A stretch of 52,265 nucleotides of DNA from an uncultured Bacilli bacterium (GTDB taxonomy: Bacteria; Bacillota_I; Bacilli_A; RF39; UBA660): contig CALVVV010000001.1 of assembly GCA_944363995.1 (NCBI GenBank), positions 1 to 52,265 of the forward strand, read 5' to 3'. Shown here piece after piece: positions 10,701-19,468 of the stretch. Position 1 is the first letter of the stretch. Each line of letters begins with the position of its first letter. The notes below the pieces were generated by a model. The model searched no databases. It worked only from the letters and a program-made list of their open reading frames with translations, and was not told the DNA's origin. A program made the position numbers and the translations under genes.

Positions 10701-10740
10701 TTTTTATTTTTCTTAAACTATTTTTAAATATCATTACCAT
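7717..10740 (-). CDS. ABC transporter permease, FtsX/MacB type, with two FtsX modules and a long coiled-coil extracytoplasmic insert
   Basis: 1007 aa. There are TM clusters in the middle and at the C-terminus, with an FtsX-like LKVLGFKDREV segment. Roughly residues 210-470 are K/E/N-rich heptad-like sequence. The start overlaps the stop of the ATPase gene. Confidence 0.85.
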   Translation of the reverse strand: MVMIFKNSLRKIKKSLGRFLSLICIVMLGSAFFSGIREAATDMIKTMDEYYDETSLMDYKIISTMGLTKGDVEAINAISPDLIVVPSYSFDIILNGDVTRVHAITEINKVNLVSGNMPNNNECLVEESTYQIGDKIEIASTNLKNKEYTVSGTVTSSLYTYKSKGISNVGDGKLDTFIYLPIDNFDIEYYTEIYIIDKNSIDKTSYLDDYKEVINNLDNKLKELKPIRETIRYEEILKEAMDVISEAEEKLLNEKETNGKKLEEAKQELDENKQKIEDGYDELDNGKKELDKTNKEMEKNFNEANSKLESAKKEYNDALKKYNLKESELESNLNLLTEQINKLNNLLNTLNPSSEEYLTYRAQLKILEENKANLELLISTKEELTNQEKELNKNIDLWNDEFAKQIKTINEKYDELDEALKEIEDGYKEYEENYNKYIEEITKAENEINDAKEELNNIEKPKWYLLSREDNSGYTNFYESAVKIDAIAAVFPIFFMLVVFLMSLNTMTRMIEEERGEIGTYVSLGINKFKIVLSYLFYVLIATSIGLSFGLSIGYTYVPHILYSVYKANFVIPELKTYAEVIPCVSIILVTISLMVVVTLLTVLKDFKYVPAALLRPEAPKNGKKVLLEKINFIWKRLSFTWKVTIRNLFRYKKRIIMTLLGISGCTALLLTGFGIRDSVSSLVSLQYDKIHLYDTMLILNDEQATINEDINKVLYDNNIDNLLYTHMETFTFNADNKNIDTYLLAFEDLSLVDNYIKINDLNGNKLELSDNGVIITSKMAELLDAEVGKSISIRNSENELFILKVEGICENYVNSYIYMSSNYYNKIFNEITYNTIITNVSESLAETLMDTEYFSNIQFTTDSLDVFNDIISGMNNIVYLIIISSSLLTIIVLYNLTTININERKREIATLKVLGFKDREVSTYVYRETLILTSMGIIIGLILGVILNNFVLTIAETDEILFVKNINKLSFVYTFLIMIFFTVLVQVVTHFSLKKIDMIESLKSVE

Positions 10741-11435
10741 TCAATCTCCTCAACTAATTTAGGATGCTCATTAATAATAATATCTTTAACTGTACCATTT
10801 TTTATTTTGATTATTTTATCAGCTATATCAGCTATAATAGCATTATGTGTAATGATTATTGTTGTCATTTCAGATTCATGACAAGTTTTTTGTAGTAGTT
10901 CTAAAATTAATTTACCAGTTTTAGAATCTAAAGCTCCTGTTGGTTCGTCACATAGTAATAATTTAGGATTTTTAGCTAAAGCTCTAGCAATGCTGACTCT
11001 TTGTTGTTCACCTCCTGATAATTGAGCAGGAAAATGATTAATCCTATCACCTAATCCCACACTTTTTAAGGTTTCTGCACTATCTTTTGGATTTTTACAA
11101 ATTTGACTAGCCAAAGAAACATTTTCTAAAGCTGTTAAATTTCCTACTAAATTATAAAATTGAAAAACAAATCCAATATCATATCTTCGATAATTAGTTA
11201 ATTGTTTTTTATTGTATTTGGATATATCTTTGCCATCAATTATAATACTACCACTATCAGTAGTATCCATACCACCTAATATATTTAAAACGGTTGTTTT
11301 TCCAGCACCAGATGGACCCAAAATAACAACTAATTCGCCTTTATTTATTTCAAATGAAATATTTTCTATTGCTTTAATTATTACTTCACCCATTTTATAA
11401 TTTTTAGTAATTTTTTTTACTTCAATATAAGCCAT
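10734..11435 (-). CDS. ABC transporter ATP-binding protein (MacB/LolD-like)
   Basis: Walker [10 protein letters not shown], signature [15 protein letters not shown] and Walker [13 protein letters not shown]. Start moved to ATG 11435, which follows the RBS AGGTGAG. Confidence 0.9.
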   Translation of the reverse strand: MAYIEVKKITKNYKMGEVIIKAIENISFEINKGELVVILGPSGAGKTTVLNILGGMDTTDSGSIIIDGKDISKYNKKQLTNYRRYDIGFVFQFYNLVGNLTALENVSLASQICKNPKDSAETLKSVGLGDRINHFPAQLSGGEQQRVSIARALAKNPKLLLCDEPTGALDSKTGKLILELLQKTCHESEMTTIIITHNAIIADIADKIIKIKNGTVKDIIINEHPKLVEEIEW

Positions 11436-11527
11436 ATATCTCACCTAGTTTTCTATTCATGCCTTGCCTGTTTCATCGGGCAAGGTGTGTATTGCTTCGT
11501 TTGTACTTATTTTTTCATATCTTCTTT

Positions 11528-12071
11528 TTATATTTCATATGGACTTGACCAAGTACCATTACCTCCGGTAATGGTGACATCAGAGTTAACAACTATAACT
11601 GCACGAAGCCCATTCGAGCGGGACACAGCATTGCCGTTGTCCTATATCTAAATATGAACTACTACCCCCAGCAAGATTATATTCATCTAGCGTTAGTAAA
11701 CCAACTTTGGCAGTTTCTGTTGATAAATTATTTTCACAAGTTGTTCTTGCACTTGAACTATCAGTAGTCGTTTCACTACACCAAGTTTGTTCAATGATTA
11801 AATTATTTCCTTTTAATCTTGGATAAAAATAATTATTTAACCAATCTTTAGCATAACTATCATCCCAATTTGAACTACTTTCGTGATATGGTATTGCTGT
11901 TACATTTTCATCAGTTATTAATCTTACCGTTCCATCAGCATTGATTCCCATGATTCGCCATAAAAAACCTGAATACCATATATAATTATTATTTGGTTTT
12001 CCTTTTAGATAACATCCTCCCATATATTGGTATGTTGTTCCATCTGTTTTACATGCACCATTTGCATATAC
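11528..12071 (-). pseudogene. Frameshifted C-terminal domain gene of a pseudopilin-associated exported protein
   Basis: The reading frame is open from immediately after the TAA of the upstream pilin-like gene, in the same frame as that gene. At about 11640-11645 the frame changes. The alternative frame continues DNGNAVSRSNGLRAVIVVNSDVTITGGNGTWSSPYEI and stops at 11528-11530. The track ORF (11586-12023) ends instead in out-of-frame residues. Confidence 0.6.
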
Positions 12072-12473
12072 TTATTCTTTCGCTTTTTCTTCTATAATAA
12101 TTTGGCAAACACTATCATATTCAAAAATATATTGATTATAATTTTCATCATAATAATACCAAACACAGCCTTTTAATTCTTCATCAGTAATAGGATTAAC
12201 AATATTTTTATCTAAAAAGCCTTTACTTTGAATTTCAGATAGCATCAAATGACCCTTAGCGCTTTGATTAGGATAACCAATATCATTTTCAATACTATAA
12301 CGGTATGCAGCTTCTTCTATTGATTTAATACTATTTGCTAAAGATTTTTCTTGACTATTTTTTATTGCATTTTGAATTACAGGAAAGGTTATTAACGATA
12401 TTACTGCTAATATTATTAATACACCTATTAATTCCACCAAAGTAAAACCTAAATTAACATTTTTTTTCATCAT
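12072..12473 (-). CDS. Prepilin-type N-terminal cleavage/methylation domain protein (type IV pilin / ComGC-like pseudopilin)
   Basis: MMKKNVNLG|FTLVELIGVLIILAVISL is a canonical class III signal with Glu at +5, followed by a small globular domain. ATG 12473 follows the RBS GGAGGA. Confidence 0.8.
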   Translation of the reverse strand: MMKKNVNLGFTLVELIGVLIILAVISLITFPVIQNAIKNSQEKSLANSIKSIEEAAYRYSIENDIGYPNQSAKGHLMLSEIQSKGFLDKNIVNPITDEELKGCVWYYYDENYNQYIFEYDSVCQIIIEEKAKE

Positions 12474-12575
12474 CCATTTTTCCTCCAAATTATTGTATTA
12501 TTTACATTAAGTATAAACTAAAATATAAAATAAGTCAATCAATAAAAAAACTAAAAATAAAATTTTTAGTTTTTT

Positions 12576-14051
12576 TTATGCTAAAGTTGTGGCAATAAAA
12601 GCAACTACAATGATTATACCAAAAACAACTAAAGCAAATTTCCAAATAAATTTCATCCAGTCTTTATATGGTATATTTAGATATGAAAGACCGGCAAGTA
12701 AAAATATACTTGTTGGAGCTAGTAACATAACTAAACCATAGATTGTTTGAAAAATAAGAGCAACTACAGATATTTCATTAGTTTCTAATGAACTAAAGAA
12801 CACTGCAAATGAGTTAATCATAGTTGGGAAATCATTATAAGTAAATGATGTTACCATTGCAGAAGCAACAGTACCAATTAAAGAGAATTCTTCACCAGCA
12901 ACAAATTGATTTACCATTGTAAAGACAAAGTTAGTTGACTTTGATAAAACAAAAGTAAATATTACACAAGCTAAAATAGCATATAAAGCTGGTACTAACA
13001 TTTCTTTAACACCTTTAACAAAAGCAGAAAATGCTTCACTAAACTTAATACTATATAACCAAGTAATAACCAAAGAAATAATAACTAAAATAAATACTAC
13101 AGTATAATTATTCCATGTTCCTAATTGTCCAATACTACCTAATATATTAGTTAACAAAGGATAACCATTAATTTCAAATTCACTTATTTGTTCATGAATT
13201 GTAGTAAATACTTCAACATTAAATGTGTAAACCCAGCTATAAGTACCAATTATTAACATTACAAACATAATAAATAAAATAATAGCTAAAGGTAAAATAT
13301 CTTTTTTAGTTTCAGTTTTTTCATAAAGAGGAATTACAACTTTTTCAGTTGTTTCTTCTTTAACTGTTTCTTTTTTAGAATTTTTACTATTTTTTATTTC
13401 AGATTTAATAGCTTTTAAATCTTCTTTATTTTTAGTTGTTGCGCTAATTAATAAAGCATATAAAATAGTTACAACTAACCATAAAACCATTCTAACTAAT
13501 ATTAATGTAAACATTGAAAAATCACTAGAAATACTACCAAATATTACATTAACATATCCCCAAATTCCTGTTCCTAAAGTAGAACCAATTTGGCCAACTA
13601 ATAAAGAACCAACAGTTGCTGCAAAAGCAATTACTTTATTAAATTTTAATTTTAATAAAATTGTAATAAAGAATGGAATTAAGACAAATAAAACATTATT
13701 TAATCCTACAACAGATGATAGTAAAGAAAATAAAACTGTTGTAATAATTAAAAACTTTTTATTTTTCTTTTCCCAATTAGTTGTTACTTTTTCAACTAGT
13801 TTGCTATAAACACCGGTTTTATTTAATACACCATAAAAACCACCGATTGCTAAAAATAAAATACCAAATTCAGCAAAATTGTTAAAAGTCAAAAGCGGTA
13901 TATTAACAATATCAAATAAGCCGGCTGGCGCAGTTGCATCAAGTGAGGTAAATGTACCATTAGTATAAATACCAGCTGGAACAACCCAACTTATCAACAC
14001 AACAATTAAAAATGAAATTCCCAACACTTTTAATAAATCATATTTTTTCAT
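12576..14051 (-). CDS. Polytopic membrane transporter, YfcC / DcuC-type anaerobic carrier-like
   Basis: 491 aa with more than 10 predicted TM helices. The N-terminal pattern LISWVVPAG...GGFYGVLNKTG resembles the YfcC family. A K/E-rich central loop is present. The family assignment is tentative. Confidence 0.5.
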   Translation of the reverse strand: MKKYDLLKVLGISFLIVVLISWVVPAGIYTNGTFTSLDATAPAGLFDIVNIPLLTFNNFAEFGILFLAIGGFYGVLNKTGVYSKLVEKVTTNWEKKNKKFLIITTVLFSLLSSVVGLNNVLFVLIPFFITILLKLKFNKVIAFAATVGSLLVGQIGSTLGTGIWGYVNVIFGSISSDFSMFTLILVRMVLWLVVTILYALLISATTKNKEDLKAIKSEIKNSKNSKKETVKEETTEKVVIPLYEKTETKKDILPLAIILFIMFVMLIIGTYSWVYTFNVEVFTTIHEQISEFEINGYPLLTNILGSIGQLGTWNNYTVVFILVIISLVITWLYSIKFSEAFSAFVKGVKEMLVPALYAILACVIFTFVLSKSTNFVFTMVNQFVAGEEFSLIGTVASAMVTSFTYNDFPTMINSFAVFFSSLETNEISVVALIFQTIYGLVMLLAPTSIFLLAGLSYLNIPYKDWMKFIWKFALVVFGIIIVVAFIATTLA

Positions 14052-14160
14052 TTCTCATAACCTCCAATCACATTATAACAAAATTTATTAAATTATTAAA
14101 GTTTTTTAATAAAATTTCACAATATTTTTACAAAATGATATAATTATTAAGGTGATCAAA

Positions 14161-15102
14161 ATGATTTTTAAATATTCAAATAGTAATAAAAGATATCATA
14201 CCTTAGATTATTATTATAAAAACAAATTTAAAAGTAAAGTAATAAAAATCAGTTTAAACGCAGGTTTTTCTTGTCCGCATTTAAAAACAGGTGGATGTAT
14301 TTATTGCAGTAAAATTGGTAGTGGAGAATTTGCTGGTGACATAAATGATGATTTAATTACCCAATTTAATGAAGTTAAAAAAATGATGAATAAAAAATGG
14401 CAAGGAAAATATATCGGTTATTTTCAAGCAAGAACTAATACTTATGCAAAAGTAGAAGTTTTAAAAGAAAAATATGAAAAAATTCTTAATTTGGATGATG
14501 TAATTGGTCTTAATATTGCTACTAGGCCAGATGCAATTACAGATGAATGTTTAGATTATTTGACAGAATTAAATAAAAAAACTTATTTAACTATCGAATT
14601 AGGTCTACAAACTATTCATGAAAAAACTGCAAAATTAATTAATCGTGGTCATGATTTAAACTGTTTTGTAAAAATGGTTGAAAAATTAAGAGAAAGAAAA
14701 ATTGATGTTGTCGTTCATATAATTAATGGTCTTCCTTATGAAACTAACGAAATGATGTTAGAAACGGTTAAATTTTTAAATAATTTAGATATTCAAGGAA
14801 TCAAAATTCACATGTTACAAATTTTAAAAAATACTAAATTAGAACAAATATACATTAAAAATCCTTTTAATTTATTAACTAAAGAAGAATATATTAATAT
14901 TGTTTGTGAACAATTACAATATTTAAAAGAAGAAATAGTTATTCATCGACTTACTGGTGATCCTAAAGCTGAAGATTTAATAGCTCCTAATTGGGTTTTA
15001 AAAAAAATAGATGTTTTAAACGGAATTGATAAATATATGAAAAAATATGACATAATACAAGGTCAAAAACAAACAAAAAATGAAAAATTAATAGATTTTT
15101 AA
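14161..15102 (+). CDS. TIGR01212-family radical SAM protein (YtqA-like)
   Basis: KISLNAGFSCPH...GGCIYCS cluster and overall YtqA-like layout. Start moved to ATG 14161, which follows the RBS AAGGTGA. Confidence 0.85.
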   Translation: MIFKYSNSNKRYHTLDYYYKNKFKSKVIKISLNAGFSCPHLKTGGCIYCSKIGSGEFAGDINDDLITQFNEVKKMMNKKWQGKYIGYFQARTNTYAKVEVLKEKYEKILNLDDVIGLNIATRPDAITDECLDYLTELNKKTYLTIELGLQTIHEKTAKLINRGHDLNCFVKMVEKLRERKIDVVVHIINGLPYETNEMMLETVKFLNNLDIQGIKIHMLQILKNTKLEQIYIKNPFNLLTKEEYINIVCEQLQYLKEEIVIHRLTGDPKAEDLIAPNWVLKKIDVLNGIDKYMKKYDIIQGQKQTKNEKLIDF

Positions 15103-15254
15103 AATTAAAGTCTTATTTTAACTAATAGTTTATACAAAATTAGAAATTAATTTAATGAATTTTAAAAATTGCTTATTTTTTTTTATCTATTTTTAAAAAT
15201 TAGTCATTTGCAATAATCTTTATTTTAAAATATACTTATAAAGAAGGAGGATTT

Positions 15255-15461
15255 ATGGAAAATTTTATCGAAAAAAAAGCACATTTAAATGAAAAAGAAA
15301 TTAATGAATTACTTTACTATTATCAACAAGGAATTAATATTGGTAAAGAAGAAACTTTAATTAAAGTTATTAATAATATGATTAATATGTCTTTCGATAT
15401 TAAAACTATTGCGAAAATAGTAGGCAAAAGTACTAAAAAAATAAATCAATATCTTTTATAA
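15255..15461 (+). CDS. Small hypothetical protein (68 aa) with a C-terminal HTH-like segment
   Basis: Strong RBS AAGGAGG 5 nt before the ATG. FDIKTIAKIVGKSTKKINQYL looks like a helix-turn-helix. Confidence 0.5.
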   Translation: MENFIEKKAHLNEKEINELLYYYQQGINIGKEETLIKVINNMINMSFDIKTIAKIVGKSTKKINQYLL

Positions 15462-15495
15462 AAAAACTCCTAACCTAAATTGGTTGGAGTTTTTC
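15460..15495. terminator. Bidirectional terminator between convergent genes
   Basis: AACTCC(T)AACC pairs with GGTTGGAGTT (10 bp, one bulge). It is flanked by an A-run and a T-run and overlaps the 3' end of the HerA-like gene. Confidence 0.55.
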
Positions 15496-17260
15496 TTTCA
15501 ATAAACCAAACACCACTAATATCACAACTACTGCTACTAGGCGCTGGGTTAGGCATTTCTAATTTAACAATAACAGGAACTTTAAATGCTGTTCCAAAAA
15601 CAATACAATTCCCTGGTTGTAAAATTCTTAATCTTTTTACCACTTCTGTAGTAATATTAGGAATCATTTTTCTAATATATTCAACATCAACAGGATGTAA
15701 CATTTTAAATATTAAAAAATTGTTACATTGCGATAATGATGTTTCGGATAATTCACTAGGTCTTTGACTAATCAATCCTAACAACACCCCATATTTGCGT
15801 CCTTCTTTTGTAATACGATCAAAAATATTATATCCCAACAAATTAACATCATTATCGTTTTGTACATAACGATGTGCTTCTTCTAAGATAATATGAAATG
15901 GCATACTTGCCCGCTTATTTATCTCTTTAGCATAATCAAATAACAACTTAGAATATATTTTAGTTATACTTTTAGCTAAACGATCATCAATATAATTGAT
16001 ATTAAAATTAATTATTTGTGCTTTACGACCATTAGGTGCAGTTAACAATTCTTTTACATATTGTTCCCTTGTTACATATTTTTCATATTCAAAATATTTT
16101 CCAGCATCACTATTTACTAAAGAATGTAATCTTACTTTTAATATATTACTATCTTCATAAACTTTCTCACTATTTAATGATCCTTCACTAATTAAAGCAA
16201 AATCAACAGCTTTTTCTAAATCAGCCAAGGTGTAAATAATATTTTCATCAGGTAAATCTAAATTTAAATCTGTTTGAACAAATTTTTGAATAAATGTAGT
16301 TAATAGTTCCATTTCTCTAATTTTTCCTGAAGCATCAATTAATAAACATTGTTTTAAAGGCCTCGTATATCCAGGCTGAAAAATAGGTGTTTCTAAATTT
16401 AATTCAGATGTGTTGTAATAAGATAAAACTGAAAAAATTTGATCACGAATTTGTGCAGGGGGATTTCCACTTGATAATATATCTAAAAGAGCACGCGCAA
16501 TTATATCATTTTTATGCTTAACGACATTTTCACTACTTCTAGCAAAAATATTAACTAATTTTAAAGCTTTCTCAATAATTGGCAATTGACTAGGTTTTTC
16601 CGCATTAAGTAAAAGCGCTAAATCATCAACTCCTAATAGCCAAGTAGGAATTTTTAAAACTTCAGTTTCACTAAAGTGCAAATTAGTAGTAAACGACTTA
16701 AAAGCTATTTCTCCCCTAGTACCACCGATATTTTTAAACGCATTATGATATTCACCATAAGCATCAAATATAAATAAACTAGCACGATATGGTACATACT
16801 GTTGCCGATCAAAAATATTTTGAATAATCCTAGCTACTCCGCATGATTTTCCAGAACCTGTTGAACCTAAAATAGCAAAATGATTACTAAAAAATTGATT
16901 AATATTAGCCCCTATTTTAACACCAGGATAAACTGGACTTGTTCCAAAATAAATATCTGTATTTTCCCGATAATTATCAACGCCAATAATCATTGGAATT
17001 TTCTCTTTTGAAATTAACTTAACAGTTGAACTAAATGAAGGTTTCACAATAACACCAAACACAAATTTGTCATTAATTATTTCCCCTAATAAATTTATAT
17101 GAGCAATGCCATCTTTAATATCAATAATTTCCCCAACTAATTTTCGATTACCATCTTCCATAATAACATGAATATTAATTAAATTTTCAAATTTACCAAT
17201 ATCAATTGCTAACTTTAGTAAAATTTCGTTTTCAACAATTCCTATTATATTACCTAACAT
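15470..17260 (-). CDS. HerA/DUF87-type P-loop ATPase (FtsK-HerA superfamily)
   Basis: N-terminal barrel-like region, Walker A GSTGSGKS and Walker B-like HIILEEAHRYV. The C-terminal LISQRPSEL is typical of HerA-like ATPases. ATG 17260 follows the RBS GGGAGG. Confidence 0.75.
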   Translation of the reverse strand: MLGNIIGIVENEILLKLAIDIGKFENLINIHVIMEDGNRKLVGEIIDIKDGIAHINLLGEIINDKFVFGVIVKPSFSSTVKLISKEKIPMIIGVDNYRENTDIYFGTSPVYPGVKIGANINQFFSNHFAILGSTGSGKSCGVARIIQNIFDRQQYVPYRASLFIFDAYGEYHNAFKNIGGTRGEIAFKSFTTNLHFSETEVLKIPTWLLGVDDLALLLNAEKPSQLPIIEKALKLVNIFARSSENVVKHKNDIIARALLDILSSGNPPAQIRDQIFSVLSYYNTSELNLETPIFQPGYTRPLKQCLLIDASGKIREMELLTTFIQKFVQTDLNLDLPDENIIYTLADLEKAVDFALISEGSLNSEKVYEDSNILKVRLHSLVNSDAGKYFEYEKYVTREQYVKELLTAPNGRKAQIINFNINYIDDRLAKSITKIYSKLLFDYAKEINKRASMPFHIILEEAHRYVQNDNDVNLLGYNIFDRITKEGRKYGVLLGLISQRPSELSETSLSQCNNFLIFKMLHPVDVEYIRKMIPNITTEVVKRLRILQPGNCIVFGTAFKVPVIVKLEMPNPAPSSSSCDISGVWFIERKTPTNLG

Positions 17261-17415
17261 ATTATTACCTCCCAAGTATAATAATATTATACTATTTTTT
17301 TTTTAAAATGAGAATACCTACTTTAATTAATTTAATTCAAATTATTTAATTTTCCATTGCTAGAAAGACTTATTAAATAAATTTTTAAAAAATCTTTCTA
17401 GTATATAAAAAGATG

Positions 17416-18660
17416 TCACTTTATAATAAAGCTGACACCTTTTTTTTCATTAATTACATTTATTTCATAACCTAATAAATTAAGGGTTTTTTTTACGATT
17501 GATAATCCCAAGCCAAATTGACCTTTAATTCCTTTTTTATAGGGAGTAAATATATTATTTAGAATATCAGTATCAATATGTGGACCATCATTATAAAATA
17601 TAATTTTGTTATTTTTTACTGTTATTTTTATTTCTTTGATAGCATATCTTGTAAAATTATTTAATAAATTATCTACTATTGCTTCCCACATATCGTGTGT
17701 ACCGTTAAATATCATCCTTCCACTACTAATGAACACAAAATCAACATCAGTACGTTGGATTTTAAATTTCGTAATGCTATTTTCGATAATTGGCTTAATA
17801 TTTATTTTTTCATTACTTTTTTCTAAATCTTTAAGATATACTAACTTATTTAAATATAAAAGGGAGTGTACTTTTATTTCTAGTTTATTTAGTTGTTCTT
17901 TAATAATATTGCTACCTGTCTGAGCATCCATAATCCCATCTTCGATAGCTTCAATATGTGATTTAATGACTGTAAGAGGAGTTTTAAAATCATGAGAAAT
18001 GTTTTGATACATTTGATTTTTATATTCTTCTTGCTTTTTTAAAGTAGCTTTCATATCATCGATAGAATTAGATAATGATGTCAATTCGTCATCAAAAGTA
18101 TATTGTTTTTTATCAACATATTCATCATTATCCAAATTGTCGACTTTTTCTTTTAAGTGATATATTTTTTTCACCAATTGATTAGCCCATAATATAACAA
18201 TACCAACAGCAATAAGTAAAGTTCCTATAATAATTGGAAACAAAGTTGTTATTACATCACCCCTTATTTCCATTAAATAATTATTATTAGTAATTGCAGT
18301 TTTATCAATATATTGGGTTTTAATATTATAATAATAATATGTTTTACCTAAATAAGTAAATTTGCCATATCCATTATCTATTTTATCTAATATTTGTTTA
18401 GCATCAATGTCAATGATTTTTTTTAAATTATCAGATACAACAATTTCATTATTAATAACATAAATGTATGCAATATCATCTAATTCAGTTTGATTAGCAT
18501 TTTCCACTAATTCCAGTGGTTGTTTTAAATATTGATAAATATTTTTTTCATAGATAGGGAGTAAAAGTTTTGGGAGGAGTAAGCCCAAACTTATAAATAT
18601 AATTCCACAAATGATAATGGCAATCGATATTAATTGACGATATAAAGTTGTTTTAATCAT
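17416..18660 (-). CDS. Sensor histidine kinase (two TM helices, extracytoplasmic loop, HisKA + HATPase_c)
   Basis: H-box ISHDFKTPLT, N-box LLNNFTRYA and G-box GLGLSIVKK. The start overlaps the response-regulator stop. Confidence 0.9.
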   Translation of the reverse strand: MIKTTLYRQLISIAIIICGIIFISLGLLLPKLLLPIYEKNIYQYLKQPLELVENANQTELDDIAYIYVINNEIVVSDNLKKIIDIDAKQILDKIDNGYGKFTYLGKTYYYYNIKTQYIDKTAITNNNYLMEIRGDVITTLFPIIIGTLLIAVGIVILWANQLVKKIYHLKEKVDNLDNDEYVDKKQYTFDDELTSLSNSIDDMKATLKKQEEYKNQMYQNISHDFKTPLTVIKSHIEAIEDGIMDAQTGSNIIKEQLNKLEIKVHSLLYLNKLVYLKDLEKSNEKINIKPIIENSITKFKIQRTDVDFVFISSGRMIFNGTHDMWEAIVDNLLNNFTRYAIKEIKITVKNNKIIFYNDGPHIDTDILNNIFTPYKKGIKGQFGLGLSIVKKTLNLLGYEINVINEKKGVSFIIK

Positions 18661-19319
18661 GTTAAGCGATAACCAAATCCATAAATTGTATTAATATGCA
18701 ACTTAGGCATTTTTCGTCTTAATCTACGAACTAAATCATCAACTACTCGATCACTACCAAAATAATTTTCGCCCCAAATAATATTCAAAATATCATCACG
18801 GCTATAAGATTTACCTACATTTTTTAAAAACATATACAACAAATCAAATTCTAAAGTAGTTAAATTTATTTCTTTATCATCATGGGTTACAATTCTTTTA
18901 TCAATATCAATTTCATAAATATCATATTTTATTTTATTAGTATTAGCATATACTCTTTTTAATATATTATTTATTCTCAAAACTAATTCTTTAGGCGAAT
19001 AAGGCTTAGTAACATAATCATCACTACCTAATTCAAGGCCTAATATTTTATCTAAATCTTGGTCACGAGCTGATGTAAAAATAACAGGAACTTTGGAATC
19101 AAATTCTCTTATTTTTTTAATAAGGTCATAACCACTAATTGCATCATTTAACATAATATCAAGAATCCATAAATCAATTTTTTCTTTACCAATATATTCT
19201 AATGCATTAGTTCCTTTAAAAAATTGAATTACTTGATAGCCTTCTTTTTCAATATAAGACTTCATCAAGTTATTTAATGATTCTTCATCTTCGACTAAAC
19301 AAATCTTATACACTTTCAT
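18657..19319 (-). CDS. OmpR-family response regulator
   Basis: REC domain (LVEDEE...ILDIMLND...K) plus a winged-helix C-terminus ending GFGYRL. Confidence 0.9.
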   Translation of the reverse strand: MKVYKICLVEDEESLNNLMKSYIEKEGYQVIQFFKGTNALEYIGKEKIDLWILDIMLNDAISGYDLIKKIREFDSKVPVIFTSARDQDLDKILGLELGSDDYVTKPYSPKELVLRINNILKRVYANTNKIKYDIYEIDIDKRIVTHDDKEINLTTLEFDLLYMFLKNVGKSYSRDDILNIIWGENYFGSDRVVDDLVRRLRRKMPKLHINTIYGFGYRLT

Positions 19320-19468
19320 CACCTATTTTTAGTATAACATAATTTTATTCATATACCACCTTCTTTCTTCCAAAATTTTTATTTTTTTACTTCATTATCA
19401 CCTCCAACAATTAAAGTATATTACATAATTGTGGTGATATTTTGATAAAAAAATGGGAAAATATGGTA

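Noticed and set aside
12072-12074. Programmed read-through of the in-frame TAA between the pilin-like gene and the downstream domain
   Set aside because: There is no read-through context or supporting structure, and the downstream domain also carries a frameshift. Decay is therefore the simpler explanation.
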